62,228 bases of DNA, filler included, from Sluysia triapertura (GCA_046118255.1; 5 parts of 5 records of this genome joined end to end with filler, not necessarily neighbours in it), one strand, 5' to 3'; numbered from the whole stretch's first letter, positions 14,202 to 26,507 are shown. Notes: a model not told the origin generated them from the letters alone. Numbers and translations: made by a program.

Positions 14202-14899
14202 GTTTTATTAAGTATAAATTATTTTTTTACCGAATCACTCATCAATTTAAATCATTTATTTTATAAGTTTATCATCTATTTATAAAATAGTGGAGTTTCG
14301 TGAATTCAGTTTTGTTTTTACTCCACATAATTTATACTTGGGACTATTGCTTTTTGAATCTTAATTCGATATTAAAATTTTGTTTTGTTTTAAGAAATAT
14401 TTCTATTAGGTATGAGTTATCTTTTCAACATTGTAGCTCAAAAAATTTATCTTAAATTTTTTCATAATGCAATTGAGCATAAAATCCACAATTGAATATC
14501 AAAATATAATTGCTAATGTACAACTAGAATTAATTTTATTCTATTTCTTACTCTTTAGTTGCATTTTTCACAGTAATTGTAACTACATCATAGTTAATGG
14601 GTAAGTTTATCCTTATGCAGAAGCTTACATAACAATAATTTGAAAAATAATAATTTTAGGTTTTGAATGTATCAAAATTTTTAAAAAATAAGCATTTAAA
14701 TGCATACCGAGTTGTAACAATTTTCTAAATAATGAAAATAAATATACTTATGAAATATTAAATACTAGTAGTAAAACTTCATTAAATACTAAGATATCGA
14801 AATTTACAACGAAATATTTAGTTTTTGATCGTAATCACAAAAGTTCTTGTTTTCTCTGTATTAGGTTGTTAAATGACAAATATAAAAATATAAATATAC

Positions 14900-16150
14900 A
14901 AATTCTAAACATAGTTCGTCAATAAAATAACCCTATCTAGCCCAAGTATTGCCATTTTTACATCGATTTATTCGCATTTTATGTCTTGTAAGAAATGTTG
15001 CATTGAACGAAGCCAGTACTAATTTGAGATGTACAGAATTTCCAAATTAAATTTTGTTAACATGCTACGAGTGGCTATTAAAGTACGAGTTCCTTCGTGA
15101 AGGAATGTTATACCTTTTCCATAGATCAGTGTTGGCCGTATTTTAACATTTTCTGATGTAACTGCGTTATTAAATGGTACCGTTTCACCAATTTTCAATA
15201 ATTCAAAATGTATAATTTCAAACACAAAAGAGCCTTTTTGACTTCAAGTCGATTCATCTTTCATCTTCTCAATAATTCAGTTCAAAAAGGTTCAATACCC
15301 AATGCAATTGCGAATCCTATAAACTTTGTTATGCTAATTTTAGTATATCTAGCACATTTTAGTAGTTTTAAATGATTTAAAATTGTATGCATCTTTCTAT
15401 ATTTCGAGGGCATTTTAAATTTGGGTAACTCTTACTCTATAATGTATCCCTTTCTGAATCGAATATCTTACATAAACTTAAGGTGACCAGATTTTTAGTT
15501 GGGCAAAGCGGGGAAGTATCAACAAAAATTTTCATACAGAATAAAAATAATGTAATATTTTTTTATTTTTAACATAAGGCTTACCTTAATTTTCTATGGT
15601 AAGTAGGAGATTTGTAATTAGCACGCAGTACGAACACTAAGTGTATCATCTGAGAGACAAATACAAAAAGCAATATGTTAGTCGTCGTAGCTCGTAGGAT
15701 TCTTAGAACGCAAAACAATGATTTTCATAAATATAAAATTTAATTTAATTCTAAAAGTCGGGACAAATTGAAAAATCGGGACTGTCCCGCCAAAAGCGGG
15801 ACGTCTGGTCACCTTAAGCATGCGGGGGATATGAAGTATAGTGTTTATTTTTATATAAAATCTTCTGTGGGGTTCAAAAGTAATGTTAAATACTTGCCTC
15901 ATACTACCATCGTTAAAATCCTTAGAACTCACAGTTTCTATTAAATTACGGTGCGACATGATCTGCTAAATCTAAAGTAGATTTTTTGCATTTTGTACAG
16001 ATATTTCGTAACAGTTCCTTTAATTGTTTATTAATTAAGAAGTTCACTCTAGATTTGAATGGTCCAATACCATTTTATCAGTTGCATTCGCTTTGAAATG
16101 TAAAGTTTTACAAGACAACCCATAATTGTTTTCAGCGGTTCTACGAAGAT
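14900..16150 (-). pseudogene. Decayed ORF, possible paralog of the 18230-19249 gene, interrupted by a hAT-like MITE
   Basis: ORF pieces at 15678-15959 and 15019-15225. The tail STGFVQCN...LGLDRVIL resembles the frameshifted tail CCGFMICN...YGHGQIIF of the 18230 gene. Confidence 0.4.
15479..15816. mobile_element. hAT (Blackjack-like) non-autonomous element
   Basis: 13-bp TIR TAAGGTGACCAGA / TCTGGTCACCTTA with subterminal CGGGAC repeats. No 8-bp TSD seen. Confidence 0.75.
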
Positions 16151-18229
16151 TTTATTTTAATTATCCTTTTTTCTAATTTTATTTTATCTAGAATTCTAAT
16201 GAAATAAATTTTAACTAAGTTTAAAACCCGCAAAATATAGGGATGATTAAATCAAAATTAAAACAGTCCGAAACAAAATACTACAAAACAATGTAAACAT
16301 CAATTTTATAACATGTATAATGGCAAATAAATCTAACATAAAACTGGAACAATAATTTTTTTGTACTTATAAATTTGCCACTTGGATTGCGGTTTAATAT
16401 GTGTGCTTTATTAGAACTTAAAATGACTGACGTTCAATTGAATCTCGACAGTTTAAATCAACCTGAATCGGTTTAAAACGTTGATAAAGTTATGAAATTC
16501 ATCATTAGGTTTCATGTAATAATAATTGTGTCTTAAGTACGGGAATCACTGGTTGGATTATGAACCATTGAATTAAAATCATAACTCATTTGTACCTAAG
16601 AGCATTCACCGAATTGATTGTATTAAATATGTAATTTTTGTTTATTTCACAATTTTTGTCATAATTATACATAAAATACATAAGTAGAATAAAATAATAA
16701 CAATAATACAGGTGGATAATAATAATTAATAATGATAATAATAAATAATAATGATAATAATATCGTACAAATAATAATTTTGAAATAAAACATAATAATT
16801 TGCTATTTACGAAAGTAATTATATAATTTATAAAATTTAAAATAGTGATATAACAATAATATAACTATCCTTTAAAAGCAATGTTGAATTTTAGATAACA
16901 ATGTCGCGAGAATAAGTTAAGTTGTGTTGTGATATTTGACAAATATTTCTGTCTTATGTATGTTATTTCTACAAGGTTGAGTTGAAGTTTGTTTAAATTT
17001 TTTTTGAAAATTATCCTTCAAGGTTGGATTAACCAGACATGTATAAGCTATTTATTTACTTCAAAATCGTGATACGATTCAACGAGTACTACGTTCCGGA
17101 AGTTATGTAATTTGTAGTTACCCGATGAAAATTTTTGAAACCAAATTTTCATCATTTCAAAAATACATTTGCCATTTCTCTTCCATTTCTGTCAACAAGA
17201 TACAAGCTAAAAGAGTTCACGAGTTAAAACCTATAATTTGAATGAACCAATGTTTGTGATAGTTCTGTAAAATTTGTAATATTACATATTTTAAAAATCA
17301 TATTAGGAAACAAATGTTAGACTTAGTGAAATAGTATAGTGAATGCAGAAAATTACATAAAAGGTTGTTATTATTTGCGTCGTGATACTATTTGGTGCTT
17401 TCAGTTTTTCGAATAAATATTAGATATCAATTAAAAATATTTCACGCCTTTATAATAATAATTTTCATCAATAGAATCACTTTAATTGCATATATATATA
17501 TATATATACTGATGCGACTTTATGATTCTCATTTATATATTTTTGCAATAAATTTTTAAAAATTGGGTTAGTTTCATAAAATAAGATAAACTACAAATAT
17601 TTGTATTAATATTATCTTGTAGGATAATGTCTGAGAACTGTGTACAGTAGAATAAAATAAAAGCGAAAACTTAATGTGAGTTCACCAACGTACTGGACTT
17701 GCCAGTTAGGGACAGCGTTGAATTTGGAATCAAGATAAGTGGAGGTTATATAAACTTTGTTAATTGCCTAACTAATGAGCAAACTTCTAATGAGTAGTAT
17801 TTTAATGGGATTTCTGACACTGAAATTTAATTAATATATTTTAATGAGATCCTTAAATTGAACCTTAAAATTTTTAATATAGTGAATTTAATTAGGTTCT
17901 TAAACCGACTATGGACGTGGGTTTAAGGTTATAAACTAAAAAATTGAATTTTAAAAAGATTTTAAGTATTTGTTCAAGTTTTATTCTCTTTAAGGGCTTA
18001 ATTTCATTAGGAACGTCCATTTTTGAAGTTGGTCTAAATTTAATAAAAATAAGGAACATAAAAGAATTTGTTAATTTATCAAAAGAATATGATGATTTAT
18101 ATTGTTTGTTAAAGTCTAGTTCGACCTTATCTGTAAAGTTTGTAATTATCTTTGTAAAATTAATACTTTTCTGTTTAAATATTAAAAAGAAAATAATATC
18201 CAGATTTATTGTGTAATTAGAACTTATAA

Positions 18230-19249
18230 TCACATTAAATTGAAAAAATAATTTGTCCATGACCATAGTCCATGAAACTCCCCGCAATATTTTCTGAAAA
18301 CCCGTCGTTGCATATCATGAATCCGCAGCACTTTAATAATGACTAAAAAATAATTATTTATATACAAAAATTTGCAACTTACATAATTAAATTTGATTAT
18401 AATTACACACATAAATTTACTAGATAACATAACGTGTTCATATAAGAACCAATTGTTGTCATGTTTCTGCATCATTATAGAAATATGTAATATCGACTGA
18501 TAAGGTAATACCCCGTATCCAAAAGACAAATTAACGAGGAAAATTTGAATAAAACTAAGATTATCCAGTGTATTGTTGTACCAACTTGAATCTCTTACGT
18601 TGCTTGCAATTAACTTATGAATAATGCTTTGAGAATATGGTTTCATTGAATTAACTTGAATAAACATTTTGGGTACATCATGATGTTTGAATCTGCAAAA
18701 AGGATCAGCACAATTTCTGTCGACAGTAAAGTAATTTGTTCGAACTTCCAAAATTTCCATATCTACACTTGCATAGCCAATGGTCCGAATTTCCAACACT
18801 TTATCATGGCCATTGGTACATTCCACAACACAAATGTACGAGCAACCATGTGGTTCTGAAAACATTAACTTTGCCAGCGAACCACCTTGTATCCAAACTC
18901 TACACTGAGCAAACGAACACCAAATAAACACAGAGTTGTTGGAATTGAAATCATCAAACGGATGGTTATAAATTGTCTTGATAGTCCATTGATTTTCCAA
19001 ATTCATTATTTGTTGATACTGTATAACATAAATAGAAAATGATGTTACTTGATTGATATGAATGTTACAAATATGTTGAACATTTAAAATATGATACCAT
19101 TTCGGAATTAAATCAGCATATTCCTTCATAGTGTATAAGAAACACATTAATGAGGTTGAAAAGTATTTATTTTCGTAACATTGTCTACTTAATTTCTTTT
19201 TAATAAATACTACATCTTCAGGATTGATATTTTGCTGTGACTGATGCAT
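18230..19249 (-). CDS. 339-aa orphan ORF (gene B) with a partial CCCH-like motif, NCADPFCRFKH
   Basis: Longest ORF in the window, ATG start, intronless, downstream of the palindrome at 19387-19440. Confidence 0.6.
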   Translation of the reverse strand: MHQSQQNINPEDVVFIKKKLSRQCYENKYFSTSLMCFLYTMKEYADLIPKWYHILNVQHICNIHINQVTSFSIYVIQYQQIMNLENQWTIKTIYNHPFDDFNSNNSVFIWCSFAQCRVWIQGGSLAKLMFSEPHGCSYICVVECTNGHDKVLEIRTIGYASVDMEILEVRTNYFTVDRNCADPFCRFKHHDVPKMFIQVNSMKPYSQSIIHKLIASNVRDSSWYNNTLDNLSFIQIFLVNLSFGYGVLPYQSILHISIMMQKHDNNWFLYEHVMLSSKFMCVIIIKFNYVSCKFLYINNYFLVIIKVLRIHDMQRRVFRKYCGEFHGLWSWTNYFFNLM

Positions 19250-19386
19250 TTCTTAAGATTTTGATAAATGATGTAATTTCTAACAACACTACTACTATTA
19301 GAAAAATTTTTAGTCTAGACGTTTGATTTTTAATTGTTTACTAATATTTTTAATTATGTCTGGCTTGTAATTGTTTCTGTTAGACT

Positions 19387-19440
19387 GCCCAATCAGAGTG
19401 TTTTAAAAAATATTGAGAATTATATGGACTCTGATTGGGC
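19387..19440. promoter_or_regulatory. Inverted CCAAT-box pair, putative bidirectional promoter
   Basis: Perfect 13-bp inverted repeat GCCCAATCAGAGT-N28-ACTCTGATTGGGC. Confidence 0.6.
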
Positions 19441-20521
19441 GATGATAAAATTGAATCTTGACGATTGATAACAACACAACTACCGGCATCAGTGATGTCA
19501 TTCTAATGACAATTTTAATCATGTAAATAGTACTGATAACGGCGTAACTAATTTAATGATTTTACACAAAATTATTAAAATTATATTGTATAAATGATAG
19601 CAATAATGATAATAATACGACAATAAGGTTACTGTTATTATTATTGTCAAGAAATAAAAATAAAAATAAAATGCATAAATATTCCTTTTACTAAGAAAAA
19701 CACAAGATCTGTTCTATTATACTCTTTGACTTCTTACATATATAATACATAAAAGAGATAAAACTTGTGAAATATCGTGAAGAAACAACGATAGCGAGGT
19801 ATATGACGTCTCAGTTATCGTTGTTACTTCTTGTTAAGATAATGAATTGTTTAAAGCTGAATTATGTTTATTTCTAGAGATAAAAGCAATGGTTCGAGTT
19901 GTAATTGAAGTGAAGAATGTTAGCATAAATTGTTAAAACTTATTAAAGATTTACAGTTTAAAAACAAGATTTGTGTATTAGATAGAATGATTTGAAATGC
20001 TTGATAAAAGGTTGAAGTTATTTTAATTTTGAATGGTGATTACAAAATAAGTCTTAATATATTATAATGTTATTCCTAGTAAGTATTGAGTATGTGTATG
20101 TGAAGTGTGTTTTGGTTGGTGTAGTTGGTTGAAGGTTTTGATGTAATTGATCTATGTTTCAAGGGTTCTTGTTAGAGTTATTGGATAATGATATTATGCC
20201 TATGGTTTGTGAAATCTATGTTATGGTTGCGATTTGTTTGTTTGGGTATCTGGTGAATGAATGTTGTGAATTATTTGAGGTTAAATGTCAAAGTTTGTTA
20301 TGTTATGGATGGTTGACGTGTTGGTTAAATTGTTGATACATGTGAGTTGATGAGGTGTTGTAATTATCGAATATTATTTTATGATGTTGGTGTTGGTGTA
20401 GTTCGAAAGTAAAAGGTGTGATTATTGTGAAAATTGCATTTTAGTGAAATTTGATTTGTGGATATTAGATTTAGTATTTTGATCGAGTTTAAATTATGAG
20501 TGTTGGCCACTACACTCCAAA

Positions 20522-20860
20522 ATCAATGACATTGATAATGCACTTTTTAAGGCTAGTAGGGGATGGTTCGAAAAGTTTCGTAAAAGAAGTAATATTCATA
20601 ATGTAATTAGACATGGAGAAGCTTCGATTTCAGATCTCCAAGCCGCGGAAATATTTTAAAAAGTGTTTATAGAGTTTATTGCAAATGATGGTTATGTTTC
20701 ACAACAAGTTTTTAATTGTGATGAGACTGGACTTTTTTTGGAAACGAATGCCCAACAGAACCTTTATTACACAGGAAGAAAAATCAATGCTTGGACATAA
20801 GCCGATGAAAGAAAGGCTGACTCTTTTACTATATAGCAATGCAAGCGGAGATGCTAAAGT
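20522..20860 (+). pseudogene. Tigger/pogo (CENP-B-like) DDE transposase remnant
   Basis: FKASRGWFEKFRKRSNIHNVIRHGEA...*...QVFNCDETGLF(+1)WKRMPNRTFITQEEKSMLGHKPMKERLTLLLYSNASGD; one stop and one frameshift. Confidence 0.93.
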
Positions 20861-22578
20861 AAGGATAAAAGGCAAACGAATTCGTATATGAATTCTCTTG
20901 TGCCAGAGTAAAGGTCCCTGAAGATAAAAAAGAATCAATATTAATAGATAAACTAAAATTGATAGGTCCAAAATTAAGGACCTATGTTACATTAATCGAA
21001 GGCAATCAAAGCATTAATAAGTATATTTATGATAAAGATAATATTAATTATGTAAGTAATTAAGGGAATAAAAATATACAGGAGATAAAATCCCATAATT
21101 TATAAAAATAGAAATAAGTATAATTTTGATGATTATAATGATAATAATAGATTTACAAAAAAATTTAGAAATCTCTCAAATTATGATGCACATAAAAATA
21201 ACCTTACTAATTATGATAATAGATATAATATTTATAACAGATATAATAGCCACGTAGAGGTCACTCAAATAGTTTTAAGGGTAATCCAAACAATACGAAT
21301 GATGATAAACGAAATAATAATAAGATTAGGGGTTCAACAATAATAGAATAAGCAAGTATGGTGTATCTAATTATGAACAAAGACCAGCACCGAGTTGGCC
21401 AACTAATTCTAATATTAGCAATCAAAATAACCATAGAAATAGAAATAAAGTCCAAATCGGTATGATAGTAGTTTGAGTAAAGCACAACTAATATAGGAGA
21501 AATATGATATGAAAATTACACAAGAAATTGTATGAAGCTAAAACAAAATCCTAATAGGAAAGTGAGATTTAATGATAATAATAAGAGTGATAAGGAACAA
21601 ATAACTTGAAATCAAACAGATTACTATTTCAGAGATGGCGCCAATGAATACGAAGACGATTATCAATGTGAAGAAAAATCCAGAAGAAATGAGAATATCA
21701 AAAACAAATGATCAAAAGGAGACAAATTAGCAACGATGAAGAAGATGACAAATAATTAAAAATAATAACAGAAGAGAAAATGCAATGTTAAGAAAATTTT
21801 TTATAATTGGATTAGAATGTGATAGAAATCTGTTTATAAATAAGCAAGAAGAAGAACTGTTCATGAGCTATATGCATGACAAATAATTAGATTTCAGGTG
21901 AGATAAACAACGTAGTGGTCAACGGTAATGGAAGATAATCAAATAAAACTAAATCAAATAATTTGGAGTTTCAGTATAGGAATTCTATACAGTTTCTATA
22001 TTTAACTTGACAGCAACTAGTATATACAGGTACTTTGCAGTAAAACTACTTCTTCAATATTCTCGTCATAAGGGGTTTCTTAGAATTTCTTTTGCTGTAT
22101 CAATATTATGGATTGGTTCATTTGCTGTAGCACTTCCAATTACTTTTTGTCTTAAACATCATATCATTAAAGTTTCAGTTGAATTTTTGTACATTTAATA
22201 ATGCAGATTTTATTACTTGGTCATTTATCGGTTAATTTTAAATTCCGCCAATCATAACTATTGTTTTTATTGTGAAATAGTCAAAATAATTCACTAAAGA
22301 GCGTATAATAAAGAAACATCCAAAGCTGTTGAAATTAATAGTGTAAATATAAATCGTCTCAATAGTGATAACAGCAGTAATGATAAAGTAGAATGTGAAA
22401 CAATTACTCGTAAAACTAATAACGAACAAATTAAAGATGATATTGATTGTGATTTTGGTACTAATAAACTAGAAACTATTGTAGAAGAGTAGAGAAGTAC
22501 TAAAACCACTGAAAACTGATAAAACAGAAGTTCCCAAAGATATTCCACGAAATAATGTTAATAACAAAATGTTAACCC

Positions 22579-22732
22579 TGTTGGGGTAAAAAGGCCTAAA
22601 GTGCCATTTGGTAAAATTGACTATAAAATAAAATCGTTAGACGGGGCTGATAGCTCAGTGGTAGAGCAATCGAACTGCGCAACGATGGTCCCGGGTTCGA
22701 TCCCCGGTCAGTCCATTTTACGAAGTCTAACA
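22579..22732 (+). mobile_element. tRNA-containing mini-element, copy 3 (best preserved)
   Basis: TGTT...AACA with an exact 4-bp TSD, ACCC. Confidence 0.88.
22644..22715 (+). ncRNA. tRNA-like Pol III cassette, not a canonical tRNA
   Basis: Acceptor stem GGGCTGA/TCAGTCC plus A, D stem GCTC/GAGC, T stem CCGGG/CCCGG with TTCGATC loop, then TTTT. Anticodon arm is irregular (4-bp stem, enlarged loop). Confidence 0.75.
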
Positions 22733-24272
22733 ACCCCAAATAGAATTTCGGAAGAAATTCAAAAAAACAGTGTTGAGAATCTTACAAAAATAAGTGTAAC
22801 CTCACTTACACTCATTGATCAGGATATTGAATTTAAGCGTGAAAAACTTATTAAAATCGAGAATTCTTTAAATAAAAACATTAATGGAACAGATGACCGT
22901 AAAAATCAATTATTATATGAAGATTGTATTGTTTCTGAGGAAATTAAGAAAGAGCAGTCAGGAAAACCTATTAAGGAAAAAACTCATCAATCTGATGAAA
23001 CATTGGGGAAATTATGAAATTATTAAAGAAGAACACGATAAAACAATCGCAAGTATGATATGAGAGGAAATTGAAAATGAGAAATCTGTAGATAAAATAA
23101 AATGGAATCGATAGAACTGAAATCTAAAGAAAAAGATATTTGCATCGATAATAATAATTTTAAATTTACAAGTTAATTGCTAAAATTCAAAAATCTTAAA
23201 TGAAAATTTAAGTTTAAAATTTAAAAAATCAAAAAAGCAGGATTACATTCACTCTAAAAGTTTATTTTACAATAAATTCTATTATCATAAATAATGACAA
23301 CTGTTTCTTGACATATATGTGAAAATACTATTAACTTCAAAATATAGAAGATTTTGTAAATCATTTTAAAATGTTAAATTTTCTAAATCAAACTCGAACA
23401 TATATTAAAGCACAGCAAAAACTACTAACACGCTAAATTAATGAAACGTTAGAATCACAGTTTTAATTATTTTAAATATTTTTTAGAAAGTGTTTATGTA
23501 AATGTACTTCAATTACTCCATATATTTAACAATTTCGAAATGTATTTTTCATCAAATTATACAATAAAGCTATGAATTTTGTTTCTAATTTAAAATATTT
23601 CACAAAAAACCAGGTGTTTCTTTACACAATTACAGTAAAAATCAACTTTCAATTTTTAATATCAAGCACCTCTTACTTTTATCACATTGCACCAAGTAAA
23701 AGGACAAATCTCTATCATTTTCGAGTAAACGATTCCATTATCAATTTTCTAATTTAGCCACACAATTCTCAGCACCTGTCTTGGTTGGTGCTAAATTTCC
23801 TACACAAATGACAAACTTAATATTCCATTTCCTCTTGATATAATATTATTTTATAAAAACTATTATTTAATGCCATTATTATCAAAACCGAGATCTATTA
23901 ATTATAATAAATTGACATAACAAATAATACTTCTTTCTTGATAAAAGTTGTTATCTTTGTTTTGTCAGGATAATTAATCAAGTCAGGATACAGATAGAAA
24001 TTTAGAATTATAAATTATCTTAACTCAATTAGAACTACTAGTTTTAATGTAATCATTTTATTTAATATTTTCTAACTTAATCAAAACAAAAATTACAATA
24101 AAAAAAATCAAACGCTCATGACAAATTTAATTAATTAATTAATACAAAAAAATTATTTATAAAATTCTTTTAAATAATTTTGATATTAGTTTATAAAAGC
24201 AAAAAATGTAATGAGAAAAGTAATAAGAAAATCTACGTCATTGTAATCATTGTATTTTGTCTATCGATCATA

Positions 24273-24275
<3 letters not shown>

Positions 24276-24328
<53 letters not shown>
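24276..24328. repeat. (AAT)n microsatellite
   Basis: Direct read. Confidence 0.95.
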
Positions 24329-24331
<3 letters not shown>

Positions 24332-25332
24332 TAATACACAAGTAATCTGAAAATAGAAAAATGTATAAGGAAATCAGTTTAAATATTAAAACACAGCATC
24401 AAAATATTCACAGCCAAATATCAAATAAATAATGAGCATTTGAATGCTATATCATAATTATTAAATAAAAATGAAAACAGCAATTAAATTAAAATTAATA
24501 ATTCTACTGCCATTTACAAAAATTCAAACAAAATTGCTTTATAAATTCAACTTTGTTATATGATATAAACAGAAATATAATATCGTCATATAAAGTTAAA
24601 TATCAGTGAATCCGTAATATATATATTATATTTTTATAATTTACACTATTTTAAAACAAAAATTTCTTTGTAATACCAGACATTTTCTTTAATTAAAAAC
24701 TAGAATAAAAACATAATATTTTCTCATCTATAAACACATCCAAAAATCGAGTTTATTCAAAAAATTACCTTTAATATTATTTTTACTTTTGAATTCAATT
24801 TTAATTTCATAGTAATACAAGGAAAATCGAATATTTTTCATTATATAATAAAATCATAATCATTTGCGGTTTTATGTAAACAAGTTGTATGTTTTTTTTA
24901 GTTATTTTAATAATATTTTCTAAATACTTCTTATTTTTACATTCAGAAAATGCAGAATATACTTTAATGATTATTTAAGAACAATTACTTATACCTAAAG
25001 AGTATATATATTATTTCACATAAACAAAACATGGTGAATATAGTACACAATGTGTTTAAATGTTTTAAATGGCAATAAAATTTATATGTCTAGTGAAGTA
25101 CCATTACTTTTTATCTTAAAATTACAATATTAATATTTAATTTCTAATAAAGTTTTATTTCAAATATAGCCTTCATTAATTAATTTGTATTCGATATTGA
25201 TTTCTGAAAATCCAATCTATTTCAGGATTATCATACATTATAAGCATATTAAAACAATTTAGGCAAAAAATAATAAGACCTAAGTGCAATAAAACTTATA
25301 GTTTCCAAAATAAGATTTACCATTACGCTTAC

Positions 25333-25515
25333 TGGATATTTCCATATATATTTTGTATATACTAATATATCCGAGAATAAGAAAAATATTCGCTTTTTAT
25401 CTGTTTTGCGGCATACTTTTATTAGCGTACCTTCACCAACAAGCATTCTTTCGTCATTTAATAGTGGATATTCCTTAAAATCATTACCATCTTCATCGTT
25501 ATCGTCATATGTGCA
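25333..25515 (-). CDS. Exon encoding the N-terminal part of a PLEKHF/Phafin (or FGD)-type PH domain; possibly a fragment
   Basis: cag|...YPLLNDERMLVGEGTLIKVCRKTDKKRIFFLFSDILVYTKYIWKYP|gtaagc, 183 nt, phase 0-0. Resembles the Phafin motif RVLIGEGVLTKxCRKKPKxRQFFLFNDILVY. Confidence 0.7.
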
Positions 25516-25715
25516 CTGGATTATTTTTAAGGAATTAATAAACCAGCTAGAGATAACAACTGATTAATTGTGTTAAGTCTGCGTTTAGTTGAATCTTGCA
25601 TGACATGTACATAATTAACAATTTTGATCCAATCTTTGCATTTGTCGGCTTTCCTCATCTCTTTCCTCTTGATTATTAGAGTTATGTGAACCATCATTAG
25701 AAGGACCATTATCTG

Positions 25716-26272
25716 TTATTGTTGGAGAAATAGGAGATAAAGATTTTCTTGACAAGCTCGATTCATAACCAATATTATAAATGCATTTCTAATTGATAAT
25801 TTTTGCATATTATTTGAATTTGTAAATAAGCGAATGTCACGTCTTAAATTTTTCCATTTATTATAGCAATGTTCTACTGAAAAATCTCCATGTTCATTCA
25901 TTTCTTTACCGATACTAATCCATACTGACTTATGAACTGATTTTCTTTTAAAATCACTAATTCTCTTTTCAATACAATCCAATAATGCATGTACTTGAGA
26001 TGGATTCCAATGAACTTTTTTATTAGAATTTCCTTTCTCATCAGCATTTGGTCTCAATGTATTGCAACTAAAATTTGTCTCAGATTCTGGCGATGATGTA
26101 GATGTTTCATAAATTAATTGCTGTTTTGATTATCTAATTTGACGTCATAATTTACATTCATTTCATTATCTTCGTATTCATCAATATACGTTTCTCCGCC
26201 ACTACTAGTACTCAATTGACTTCTGCGTCTTTTATGGGACGAAATCGACGATACTACGTTTTCATCAACCAT
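25716..26272 (-). CDS. Myb/SANT-like (trihelix/MADF-type) DNA-binding protein; exons 26272-26156 and 26120-25716; 3' part probably frameshifted
   Basis: KVHWNPSQVHALLDCIEKRISDFKRKSVHKSVWISIGKEMNEHGDFSVEHCYNKWKNLRR. A 35-nt GT-AG intron keeps frame with the ATG at 26272. Confidence 0.75.
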
Positions 26273-26507
26273 TGTTAATATTTATTTTACAAATAAAATA
26301 ATTATAATATATTTTTAAATATATTTTAATAAACAATACAGTATTAGATGAATTTTAATAATTAAATTTTATTAATATTACATTTCACTGAGATTTACAC
26401 ATGCATAAATAAATCATAATTCACAAGAAAAATACATCCTATACTTTTAACAGAAAATATAAAAGTCGTGTAACCCCCTTATAATAAAATTGATAACATA
26501 GCTATAA

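Larger units (their letters stand above)
17890..20514 (-). mobile_element. Divergent gene-pair element, copy 1
   Basis: Terminus CCACTACA at 20507-20514; G/T-rich decayed gene A about 19820-20500; aaaataaaatgcataaa box; CCAAT palindrome; gene B 18230-19249. Left boundary uncertain. Confidence 0.6.
22260..23160 (+). pseudogene. Decayed E/K/N-rich ORF interrupted by the tRNA mini-element
   Basis: Removing 22579-22732 and one ACCC joins ...NNVNNKMLT|PNRISEEIQKNSVEN... in frame. Confidence 0.5.

Noticed and set aside
19820-20500. G/T-rich tracts as mitochondrial insertions (NUMTs)
   Set aside because: No mitochondrial protein or rRNA motif is recognisable, TAA/TAG stops persist under mitochondrial codes, and the tracts sit in a fixed element context.
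12684-23017. ORFs 12684-12905 and 22601-23017 sharing DGADSSVVEQ..VPGSIPGQSI
   Set aside because: The shared peptide is just a translation of the tRNA-like repeat.
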